A DNA stretch of 61,718 nucleotides, the filler included, from Globobulimina sp. (Eukaryota), in the NCBI GenBank assembly GCA_003354225.1. It is 24 parts of 24 records of this genome, joined end to end, with 100 filler letters (N's around TTAATTAATTAA, not from the genome) between each part and the next. Parts side by side here need not be neighbours in the genome. Positions count along the whole stretch, not along the records: positions 1 to 2,478 come from PIVH01006450.1; positions 2,579 to 5,056 come from PIVH01006451.1; positions 5,157 to 7,634 come from PIVH01006452.1; positions 7,735 to 10,211 come from PIVH01006453.1; positions 10,312 to 12,788 come from PIVH01006454.1; 19 more parts are not named here. The stretch is one strand, 5' to 3'. Within the stretch, counting starts at the first letter, position 1, and each line of letters opens with the position of its first letter. Shown here in pieces: positions 1 to 10,474 of the stretch. Under the pieces are notes generated by a model. It saw nothing but the letters and a program-made list of their open reading frames with translations. It was not told the origin of the DNA and did no database searches. A program made the translations under genes and the position numbers.

Positions 1-68
1 TTGGAATATATCGATATGTCATAGACTGGAACTCACGATTTGTTGTCAAGCTGAAATAAAAAAAATTA

Positions 69-1604
69 TCACTTCCACACAGATTTCCCAGCCTTAAGTC
101 GTGCAACTTTTATTTTTCTTTTTTTCACTTTTTTAGGCATTTTATGTTTCCTCCTCTCTCTATTCGTTTTTTTAACAATTTTCTTATTTGCTTTTCTAAT
201 CTCCTTCAATTCCATTTTTGTCATTGTATTTTTATGATACAATGCATCTCCCGGCGATTCTGGATACATTGTAATCATATCCTTCTTATTATTTTTAGTA
301 TTCACCTCTTCCTCTTCTTCGTTTCCCTCATCGTCCTCTGATGACTCATCATTGTCCTCACTCTCATTTTCATTCAATTTATTCACAGAGATCATTTCTC
401 CCGAACCCTTTAACAAAAACTTTGAAACTTGTTTAAATTTATCCTTATTTTGATGAATTTGAAATGTATCATCGATGTCAAATAAACTTGTCATTATTTT
501 AGATTTCAAATCAATACAATCACTCACTTCCTTTTCCTCATTCACATTGATCATTTTATCCCATCTCTCACGACAAATATTCTCTATTTTCCTCAATAAT
601 TTCGCATCAATCACCTTCTCATTATTTGTCAAATGCCGCTCATCCAAAACATATTCAAACAGCTCCAAATCCGACAATGTCATAATTCCATTTTTTCTCC
701 GAAAATAATCATTTACATTTTTGCAGTCCATCGCTAAAAAAACATACGAATTTGGATGTGCTGGTTCTACGGATTGCGACACATCGATGATATATGGCAA
801 CTGATTAAAATATAAAATATTATATTCAGATAAGTCCGCATGAATTAGATTGCATTTCCAATACATTAATCGCATATATTTCACAATCAATCCATAGCAG
901 GAATAGATGTCATCGATATTCGTAAACTTATAATCTTTTAACCGCGGCGCAGCAACGCCATCGCCACCGATCAGAGTCATTAATAATACGTTTTGCCGCA
1001 CATACATTGGTTTCGGCGATGGTATATTTGCAGCATGGATGCGATGTAAATTTCGAAACTCTTTTTCAGCCCATAACTGTACCATTTTTCGCGGGTTTTT
1101 GGAGAAACCTTTGTCAAAGCGATGCTCGCCACGAATATAACGAGCGCGGTCTCTGAATTTCAAGATGGAGGTTTTATAGACTTTGATGGCCAGTAATTGC
1201 GTGTTTGCGTTTGTATTACAATAATAAACATTGGCTTCTTTGCCAGTCGAGATACAGCCAAAAATATTGTCAATTAAGCCTTTGCTTAGCATTTGATATA
1301 AAATGGTCTTTGTTCTGTGATCTAAAACCATCTCTGTGGTGGCTCGGTCTTTTTTGTCTTTTTTACGGATGCGACGAGTTTCATGCGTTTTGGTCTGTGT
1401 TCTGTCGATGTTTTGTTTCATGGATTGTGACATTTTTAGTTTGCTGCCATGATTGTCGTGGATATCACCGAGGTTGATACGATGCAAATATTTTGATTCC
1501 AATCGCTTTGATTTGGGGATGTTGTGTTTGGACCAGTTGTTGTTGTTGACTGCAAATGATCCTTGATCCCAAAAATGAGCAAAGGCTGCGTCAGCAGAAG
1601 CCAT
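69..1604 (-). CDS. RIO1: RIO1 atypical Ser/Thr kinase (40S ribosome maturation)
   Basis: DKKDRATTEMVLD, ISTGKEANVY, AIKVYKTSILKFRDR, WAEKEFRNL, LIHADLSEYNILY, IIDVSQSVE, and a basic C-tail ERRKHKMPKKVKKRK. Confidence 0.96.
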   Translation of the reverse strand: MASADAAFAHFWDQGSFAVNNNNWSKHNIPKSKRLESKYLHRINLGDIHDNHGSKLKMSQSMKQNIDRTQTKTHETRRIRKKDKKDRATTEMVLDHRTKTILYQMLSKGLIDNIFGCISTGKEANVYYCNTNANTQLLAIKVYKTSILKFRDRARYIRGEHRFDKGFSKNPRKMVQLWAEKEFRNLHRIHAANIPSPKPMYVRQNVLLMTLIGGDGVAAPRLKDYKFTNIDDIYSCYGLIVKYMRLMYWKCNLIHADLSEYNILYFNQLPYIIDVSQSVEPAHPNSYVFLAMDCKNVNDYFRRKNGIMTLSDLELFEYVLDERHLTNNEKVIDAKLLRKIENICRERWDKMINVNEEKEVSDCIDLKSKIMTSLFDIDDTFQIHQNKDKFKQVSKFLLKGSGEMISVNKLNENESEDNDESSEDDEGNEEEEEVNTKNNKKDMITMYPESPGDALYHKNTMTKMELKEIRKANKKIVKKTNRERRKHKMPKKVKKRKIKVARLKAGKSVWK

Positions 1605-2478
1605 GACAAAAATGAAGTAAATTGGAAAAACTTGTTGATGTATTAAATTTAATTACAAAAAAGATGTCCTTTTTCTGAAGATGATGAGCGCACAACTGTT
1701 ACATTTCATCCCATCCGGCCCAGGTACTTGAATCAGTACAGGGGGCAACAATAATATTTTCATTTACTGCCGGACGTGGCGGTGATACATCAACTCCTAT
1801 CTTTTAAGCAAATACAATGAAAAATCAAAATCAAAACAAAATGCAATCAACATAATGATGTTTTTATAGCAGTATACAGGTATTTGAATCAGTGCGATAA
1901 CTAAATATTTAGTTATCTTTAAAAATATCCCTAATGGGATGTATAGTGTTTACCTCCGTTATATTGTCTCATTGCATGTAAAGCTGGCTCTTTTCCCTTT
2001 AGTTTTCATAATGATCATGATAATATTTATGGTTTCTGCTTTTTTTGATTGGTTTCATGGGACAAAAAAAAATATTGGTCGCATTAATCGTGGGACCAGA
2101 GAACACGTAACGAAGTACTTCCTTCTACAGCGAACTAGTCGGGATTGTTCTGGTGGATTGAAAAAGGTCGCTCAAAAAGTAATAATATTTTGATATGCTG
2201 TTCTTTAATGTAGAGTTCAGTTTGAATTGAATTTGTGTGTGATTCTGTTAGACAATCGATCAAATCTGGCAACAACCAATATTACGGAATTAAAGTTATT
2301 GTGATGCATTTTAAATTTCAACAAAACCAGCAAAAACAAAACAAAAAAATTAATTGATTACAGAGGCACAAACATTAAACAAAGAAATAATTAGTATACA
2401 AAATCAAAATGCAACAAACACAAAAGAAATATAAAATGTAGCAAACAAAATAAAAAACCAATCAAATCAACCAACATA

Positions 2479-2578
2479 NNNNNNNNNNNNNNNNNNNNNN
2501 NNNNNNNNNNNNNNNNNNNNNNTTAATTAATTAANNNNNNNNNNNNNNNNNNNNNNNNNNNNNNNNNNNNNNNNNNNN
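2479..2578. other. Artificial contig spacer N44-TTAATTAATTAA-N44 (first of 23)
   Basis: The same 100-bp spacer, with stops in all six frames, recurs every ~2.58 kb. Contigs: 1-2478, 2579-5056, 5157-7634, 7735-10211, 10312-12788, 12889-15364, 15465-17940, 18041-20516, 20617-23092, 23193-25668, 25769-28244, 28345-30820, 30921-33396, 33497-35972, 36073-38548, 38649-41123, 41224-43698, 43799-46273, 46374-48848, 48949-51422, 51523-53996, 54097-56570, 56671-59144, 59245-61718. Lengths fall monotonically from 2478 to 2474. Confidence 0.99.
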
Positions 2579-4634
2579 TCCAAATTAATACATAAAGATT
2601 GCGCTGATTCATTCACATTCAATCACCGCCAACGTGCTATATTCGCCGAATTAAAGTCAAAAATACAAAATATTGATTATTTGCAGCATCCAGACCCACG
2701 TAAACCATTCCATGTATTTACCGATGCTTCAATGAATGCTCGCTCAGAAGAATGAAAAGGGTCAATTTCACCCAATCGCGTATCGAAGACCTTTGACAGA
2801 AATATTTGCTGTGATACATTGTGTGGAAAAATGGCAATATCTTTTAAATTGGAAGAAATTTGTGGTGCATACCGATCTCAGTAACCTTGAAAATCTATTT
2901 AATAAAGCCAGGGATTTTAGAGCCGGTAAATTGTATCGTTGGGCTGTGCGACTCCAAGATTTCCATTTTGAATGTCGATTTATTAAAGGCAAAGATAACA
3001 AAGCCGCTGATTATCTTAGTCGTGATGCCTTGGACTTGCCTGCAAACCGACCTCGGACAGTGACGAACCTCAACGGCATAAAAATAATATATTTACGCTC
3101 GACTATGGCCAAACGAGTGAATCTAGCGATGATTTACCCATCGACGACGCATATTTTCCGCCTGGCCATGCAATCCATGTTGATACCGACCCAAATACCA
3201 CAGCGCCAATACGTACATCGACCCGTATTGCCAATATTAATGCAAATCCATCGGATCGCATTGATCCCGACAACCACTACCTACTACGCCTCCGAATCGT
3301 TGAAATCATCCATGGATCTTCGCAAAAAACGGACCTTGGATCGTAAAAAAGAAAAAGCGAGGAATAAAAGCATAATAAATGATAAAGTATATTTTATCCA
3401 TTTTACAGTACGCCGATCCAAGATTATTATACCTCGATAATCAATCCACAAAATAAAGCAACGCAAAATCTAATTATTGAAAAGCAATGCGAAGACCCTT
3501 GCGTCCACGCTATAATCCGATATTTACGCGAGAATAATCCGGATTTAATCAATACTCTGCCAAAATATTTACAGCGCTATGTACTATCGGCCGCTATAAA
3601 ATAAATGAATTCAATGGAATGCTGTGTTATATGCATAATACAACAAATGAGGAATTAATCGTCGCGCCATGGCAATTACGCAAATCTATCATGAAATTTG
3701 CCCATTCATCACTCCATCCTGGCGCTACTACAATGAATCGAATTATTATTAATGAAATGGGATATTGGTGGCCCAAAATGCCACCACCTGCGATACCTGT
3801 CAACGCGTCAAAGCTGGCTCACATAATCGGAGCAAAAAATCGCATAAAATCAAATTGTTCCCAGCCACGAAGCCTTTCGAGCAAATATCCGTTGATATCG
3901 TCGGACCATTAATGTTATCATCGTCGCGCAATCGATATATTGTAACCATGATCGATAAATTCAGCCGATATTGCATGATGACGCCCGTCCGCGATATACG
4001 AGCAATGACTATCATTAAAGCCATTGATAAATGGATTGCCATATTTGGACCGCCCAAAAGCATCTTATCTGACAATGGGAGCCAATTCATTTCATCTATT
4101 TATCATAATTATATGTTAAATAATAAAAAAATAGAAAGAAAATATACGAGTACATACCATCCGGAGTGCAATGGACAGATTGAACGGTTGCATCGATGGC
4201 TAAAAGAGAGATTGGCGCTGATCGCCCAAGATGGAGGCCTTAACTTTCTCGATGGTACCGATGATTGGTCTGACTATCTACCAATCATACAATATACATA
4301 TAATTCGCAGTCAAACCGAATGACTACGTACTCGCCGACAAATATTATATTCGGCCACGATCCATACAAGCCATTACAATACGAATTTGACCCTAAAAAT
4401 CCATTGGCATATACCCGATTTATGGCGCACAGATTGAATATAATTCGTAATAACGCCAATGAGGCCCAACGAATCTACGATAAAATGCGCCAAAAATCAT
4501 ATGATTTGAACAAAATTGACGACACATTCGTCATCGGCCAACATGTACTATATAATATGCAATCGCATTATGTTGGAAATACATTTAATACCATAAATCA
4601 TTCATTATTAACCATGCAATCTCAAGATGCATGA
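2579..4634 (+). mobile_element. Degenerate Ty3/Gypsy LTR retrotransposon pol (RNase H, H2C2 zinc finger, integrase), frameshifted
   Basis: FHVFTDAS (~2710); LAQ..HPIAY..EIFAVIHCVEKWQYLL..FVVHTD..RWAVRLQDFHFECRFIKGKDNKAADYLSR; AHSSLHPG..YWWPKM / TCDTCQ; PFEQISVDIVGPL, SDNGSQF, YHPECNGQIER. RNaseH-then-integrase order is the Gypsy order. Several frame breaks. Confidence 0.93.
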
Positions 4635-5769
4635 ATGCTTTCAATTGAATTAAATTGTTCTCGGCGCCATTAATGTTCTCGGCGCCATACTGCAAAAATT
4701 ACATAATCCATTCGATCCGAATAAAATTAAATAATATGCAGATGTCCGGAACATAATATTCCAGGAACCAACGACGACGCCATGCAACCACAATGATAAT
4801 GTAATTAAATTGTTGAAATTGATAAAAATTTGCAAGGTTTATGCGTTTTACTGATAATAATATCACGAGGATCCCCCCAAAGCGTAAGGGTTACCCAAGG
4901 CAGACGGCGATATAACCCATGCATAGGGCGCTTCTGTGACCCATCAAAACCACGCAACGAGAAACAATGAACCAATTGGCACAATGGACATTGCTACAGA
5001 TCCAATCCACAAAGCGAATGCCAAGAACGTACATGCGCAGTGATTGACCGATAAACNNNNNNNNNNNNNNNNNNNNNNNNNNNNNNNNNNNNNNNNNNNN
5101 TTAATTAATTAANNNNNNNNNNNNNNNNNNNNNNNNNNNNNNNNNNNNNNNNNNNNGGGTGGGAGTTATTATGATGCGATGATCATCAAAACGAGAAAAT
5201 AATTTATATTTTAGTTTTGATGGTACTATATAGCCTTTGGTTGCTTTGCGTTTTCTATTACGAACGTGACCTACAAAAATTGGTTTGTTACAGTGTGCAC
5301 AATGAGTTCATGCTGATGCTGTACAAATTCTGAATGATATATCATGCGGGTCATCCATTGTTGTCCACCTTGCGCTTTTTTCATTTGCTTCCATGTTAAA
5401 TTAATTTAAAAAAAACCGTTTTTCTTCGAACATTTAGCACTATTGACCATGGAAGAAGATGCCTCTGTACACAAGATAGGGCATATCCAAGTATAGTTTA
5501 TTGATCCATAGACTTTAGAGGAGTAGGAATTGCAATTTAAAAGCCTACACAGAAAATGAAAAAAATGATCAGGTTCTTTGCAAAATATAAATCACTATCA
5601 ATTACAAATCGGTGATTATGTGGATATAAAACCAATAGGTTCAGAGGTATGGACAAATTAAAATTGTTTACATCATTGAAACAGATAACGATGTCTTTGA
5701 TGATTCTTCTAAATATCAATGGAGTCATTTTGATGATAAATGTGAATTACAACCATTGCAAACGAAAAA

Positions 5770-6200
5770 AGGGAATGTATTGTGACGATTCATTTGATTG
5801 TAATGCCGTTTTAAGGGAACATGTAATGTCCAGTCATAAAGAAAGAAAATATATTTAATTTGCCAATATTGTCCCGTTGCTATTCACAGTAGAAATGTCT
5901 TACAAATCCATATGAAACAACATACAAAAAATCCATGCTTTATTTGAATGCAGCTCCAGTTTTATAGAAAAGGGCCAATTTAATAGAATGGCACAGAAGA
6001 AAACACACAAAATTAAACATGATACAATTACGCCCGCATCAAAAACACCAATCCATTCACCAGCGCTCCAGAAGCAAATGGTTGCATATTATTGCATTAT
6101 TTGCGAGAACACATTTCAAAATAACTCATTCTTCCAACAGACCGCATATTTGTGGCCAATGCCCGCGTGCTTTCCATAGTCGATCTAAAAAAATAAGCTG
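5770..6200 (+). pseudogene. Degenerate tandem C2H2 zinc-finger gene
   Basis: Finger fragments in different frames: YCDDSFDCNAVLREHVMSSH, CQYCPVAIHSRNVLQIHMKQH, YYCIICENTF, RPHICGQCPRAF, interrupted by stops and frameshifts. Confidence 0.65.
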
Positions 6201-7131
6201 TGAAAACTAAATCTTTATCATGGCAGCCAGCCGCAAAAGGTATTTCTTAAACCATTTTTAGCGTTTAACATTTATTAAAATCAAGGCCAGGCCGAATCCA
6301 TCACGTTTGATTGTGGCGAGAAACAGAACAGAACAGATTTGGTGGAATTGCTGTGCAGTTGGCGCTATTTCCCGGACAATCGCATCAAACATTATGTGGT
6401 GACCAAAGGCCTCAACCAATTGTCCGACATGAAAATCAAGCACATTTTGTTGCAGTTGGTGCAAATTTCTCCTTTGTCTCTTATTTCTTGATCCGGCGCG
6501 CTCTGCGCAGTGTGACCCGCATCGGACACTATTTGTATTGGTATCTCTTAAATTCTCGGAATTGGAAATGGATGGATATGGCAGTCATTTCTTGGAGGAT
6601 TTCTTGGTGCATTGCTTCGATTTAAATATCCGGCGAAGCTCTGCCTGCAACAACAAATAGTGGCCGCTTTGAAGGAGGTTTCCTGCATTGTACAGAAAGG
6701 CACATTTTGCGGCGGATCAACAAGTCGATGACATCCCTTTAAACCCTTTAAAAGTACAGACTCAAACAGCTCGATTTGCGACAGGATCTGCTCACTCTGC
6801 AGATCATGGATGCTATGAATGAGTTGTGGTTAATATCTAAGGGGATATTGTATGCGATTACGCCTTTATAAGGTGATGGCAACGGGGCGCAACTGCGGAT
6901 TTATCCAAATTGTGGGCGATTAATATTCGCGCACTTTTGACGACTTGTCGGTGAATTTAGGCCAAAGGTGGCATTGTGCGCGGACCAAAGGACAATATTA
7001 ATATTAATGGCATACTGTCAGATGGCGCAGGATATTAATCGCTATTTACGTTCCTGTGCCTTTTGGGTATTGCATCGCTTCAATTCGTGGATCCTCGGTA
7101 TTGGCCATAGACCGGCACAGCGACAATCTGA

Positions 7132-7634
7132 TGGTTAAAGCATGACTGCGGCACAGCGACTAAGTTATATTTTGTACCGGATGGCTCATTATATCCATAT
7201 TCCAGTGATCCGAAAAGTCGTATCTTTGGTATTGGTGGCTGCGCATTGGTCATTTACTTTGGATTTGACATAATTGATACAATTACAATCCCGTTATCGG
7301 TACGTACGCATATAAATGTTATGGAATTTTTCGTAATTTTACAAGCTTTGATATGGATAAATAATCCGATGAATAAAGCGAAATATGTCGATAAGTCCGA
7401 TGGGATATCAATAATTACGGACAGTCAGAACTGCCTAAATATAATATCACAGAAACATGCCCCAAAAGATGAAGTTATTATTGATCTGTATATAAAACTA
7501 AATGATGAGATCAGCAAAATAATAAAATGTGAATATATTTCAGATTTCATCAAATTTTTTTGGGTGCATAGCCATTCTGAATCAAACATGAATGATTTGG
7601 TCGATATGCTTGAAAAATGTGCAGCAGGTACAGT
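7132..7634 (+). mobile_element. RNase H1 domain of non-LTR retrotransposon type (3' truncated by contig end)
   Basis: The frame of ORF 7246 extends upstream to LYFVPDGS..GIGGCA, then HINVMEFFVILQAL, IITDSQNCL, FFWVHSHS..NDLVDML; these supply the D-E-D-D catalytic set. Confidence 0.8.
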
Positions 7635-7734
7635 NNNNNNNNNNNNNNNNNNNNNNNNNNNNNNNNNNNNNNNNNNNNTTAATTAATTAANNNNNNNNNN
7701 NNNNNNNNNNNNNNNNNNNNNNNNNNNNNNNNNN

Positions 7735-9129
7735 AAGCTTCAAACGCAAAATAAAAATATTAAAATGGATTATGTTCCATTGCTATGTTCAATGATATTA
7801 ATTACAAATAAATTGAAAGGAATCTCAGAATGCAAACAACTCTGCAAATCACTGCTGCAAAACGACCAATTTAATTTGCGATTATATAATATTTTTGCAC
7901 AAATAAACAAACAAAACAATCAATTTAAAAAAGTGTATAAAAATGCATTGAAAATGTTGAATTTGGTTCCAATGGAAGAAAAATGTTATGCGCCAATGTT
8001 ATTTTTTGAATATTTAATGATTGAGATATTACATAAAAATAATAATAATTTGCCACAAATTATTGAATTGGTTATCAATGCGGTTCAATTTAAATTTAAT
8101 GTCATTTCAAATAAACATAAACATAAAAAAGAGTATGATATCAATGCAGCAAATGCAAAATATAATATTTTATTGTCACAAAAGGATGAAACATTTTGGA
8201 AGTCGCCAAATGAGACATTGATGGATATTCCGTGTTCCTTATTTAATTCCAGAGCACCAAGTACATATTTCTTCATTTTTGGATTTATCTTAAATTTATT
8301 AACAAACAATAATATGCAGCAAAGTATCAATTATGTTCTATATCAATTAATATCGAAAAAAAATGAAAAATACATCGGAAATAAATTCAAAAATAAATCC
8401 GAAATTGAATTCGTTTTATATTATTGTATAAAAATAATTGAGTGGCATAAAAATATGAAAAACAGCAACAATAACAATGGCAATAAATATATAATGGATT
8501 TAGTTAAACATTCATGCTGTTTATACCCAACAAATGCATATTTTTTGTCTTGCATTGAAATATATTCATTCAATAAATTTGCGATTCGATCAATTTATAA
8601 ATCATTATTGCAACCAAACAACAAAAATAATAAAAATAAAAAAACAAATCAATTGATGGTGGCAATAAAATATATACTATTTGAGATTGAAAATAATTTA
8701 TCCTTTTCATGTTTAATATCAATTTTTAATGATTGTTTGCTAATTAATGCTTGTAAATATAATGTTGCCTTTTGGCGGCTGTATCTGTATTATTTGAAAT
8801 GCAATAACAAGAATAGGAAAGCAATAACAACACAGAATAACCACAACGATAATAATAAGAGTCGATACCAAAGACAAAGATTAAAGAGACAGAGACAATT
8901 ATTACTAAATGAAAAAGAAAAACACATCGATCGATTGAAAAATATATTTGAAATGGCAGTGCAAACAATTTGTAACTCAAAAATGTTATATTTATCTTGT
9001 GTACATATCATACATTCACATTGCGACGCGGATGAACTTAGAAACTATTTCAAGTTTTTTCAAACAAAATATTTGAACATTTCCCAACATGAATTACAAA
9101 AATATTTAATATCAAAGAGTCACAGCTAA
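7735..9129 (+). CDS. NRDE-2-like HAT-repeat protein, C-terminal part (5' truncated)
   Basis: LRLYNIFAQI..KKVYKNAL; LYPTNAYFL; VAFWRLYLYY..NIFEMAVQTICNSKMLYL..DELRNYF resemble the NRDE2 C-terminus. Frame is open from the contig start. Confidence 0.7.
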   Translation, partial: KLQTQNKNIKMDYVPLLCSMILITNKLKGISECKQLCKSLLQNDQFNLRLYNIFAQINKQNNQFKKVYKNALKMLNLVPMEEKCYAPMLFFEYLMIEILHKNNNNLPQIIELVINAVQFKFNVISNKHKHKKEYDINAANAKYNILLSQKDETFWKSPNETLMDIPCSLFNSRAPSTYFFIFGFILNLLTNNNMQQSINYVLYQLISKKNEKYIGNKFKNKSEIEFVLYYCIKIIEWHKNMKNSNNNNGNKYIMDLVKHSCCLYPTNAYFLSCIEIYSFNKFAIRSIYKSLLQPNNKNNKNKKTNQLMVAIKYILFEIENNLSFSCLISIFNDCLLINACKYNVAFWRLYLYYLKCNNKNRKAITTQNNHNDNNKSRYQRQRLKRQRQLLLNEKEKHIDRLKNIFEMAVQTICNSKMLYLSCVHIIHSHCDADELRNYFKFFQTKYLNISQHELQKYLISKSHS

Positions 9130-10079
9130 AATAACAATTAATACTGCCACACAACAACAAATTGTAACACATAACATTATTTTCCTGGTTTTTGTCTGAT
9201 GTTGTTCAGCTTTCACCAATTGTTTACTTCCAGATTGTACCAATTCCTTCGCGTCCACAACATTGCGATCCACAGAATTAATTAAATCCTGTTGCTCAAT
9301 TACCAAAATATTTAATTCATTAAATAATTCTTTCAATTCTTTTACAGATTTTTCAAGTTTTATTAAACCATTATGTTGTTGTTCTAAATCAGTTAAACGC
9401 GTCAATAACTCCGCATTGCTCGCGTCTGTTAGTTTATATTTTTCATCAATAAACTTCTGCACAGCTAAGACATCCTCACTGTTTACCAATTTCTCTCTAT
9501 CCTCGTCTGTTAATGTATGGTTCATATCGACCACCGATAATTGACGTACCTGCTCGCCTGTTTATGCAATATATGTATAACAGACATGTATAGAACGATA
9601 GGTATATTAGATACATTTCACTGTAACATCAAACTGGTTGACAGCTTGCGAGAATGTGTTGAATGAATTCTTAAAATGCATCACCAAATTGTTGAATTTT
9701 TTTCGGCCTGTATCTTCCATTTAATTTGAGTTGTTAATGCTGTATTCTTTTGAACCAACGTATCCATTTTATTCATAATGTTGCTGTATTGATCAGTTGT
9801 GGCTAACTTGTATTTGTCACTCAACTGTTTTACAGATGTTGCGTTATTGATAATGTGTGATATGTCAGTTCTTATTTCATCTCTGGTTTTGAAAAATTCA
9901 TCATCCAAATCATCAATAGTTATTGCTGTCGACAATGGGATGTTTTCATTGCTGCCATAACCCGCGTGGTCTGGGTTTTTAGTATGTGCTGGATTTTGCC
10001 ATTTAGATTGTCTTAGTGCTGTGGTAGCGTAGGTACTGTCATATGTGTTTCCAAGTTCGTTCATTAAATCTGTTGCCAT
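9112..10079 (-). CDS. Syntaxin (Qa-SNARE) with C-terminal TM anchor; one intron (9558-9614) and one frameshift at an A7 run (9697-9703)
   Basis: SNARE motif LTDLEQQHNGLIKLEKSVKELKELFNELNILVIEQQDLINSVDRNV; Habc start DEFFKTRDEIR; TM tail; 57-nt GT..AG intron. Confidence 0.88.
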
Positions 10080-10474
10080 GTTGACTAAAGATAGCTCAAA
10101 ACGTTTTGTTTTAAAGTTCAATTCATTAAAAATTGATTATAAATATCAACTAACCATTATTTTATTGCAATTTCAAAGCCTGGTATGATCAATACATTTT
10201 TATCTAATATCNNNNNNNNNNNNNNNNNNNNNNNNNNNNNNNNNNNNNNNNNNNNTTAATTAATTAANNNNNNNNNNNNNNNNNNNNNNNNNNNNNNNNN
10301 NNNNNNNNNNNGTTTCCATTTTATACCATCAATAAAACGGAAACGTTTCTATTTTATTAGGTAGTCAAGCAATAAAGTGACTTTTATAGTAGTCAAATAA
10401 AAGTTTTTTATAGGCGTTTTTTGGGATAAAGAAAGAATACAATGTGGTGAAAGTGGAAACAATTAATTTCTTAT

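Noticed and set aside
4656-4688. 15-bp tandem repeat TGTTCTCGGCGCCAT after the integrase
   Set aside because: Only two copies in a decayed retroelement; no array, LTR or PPT structure identifiable
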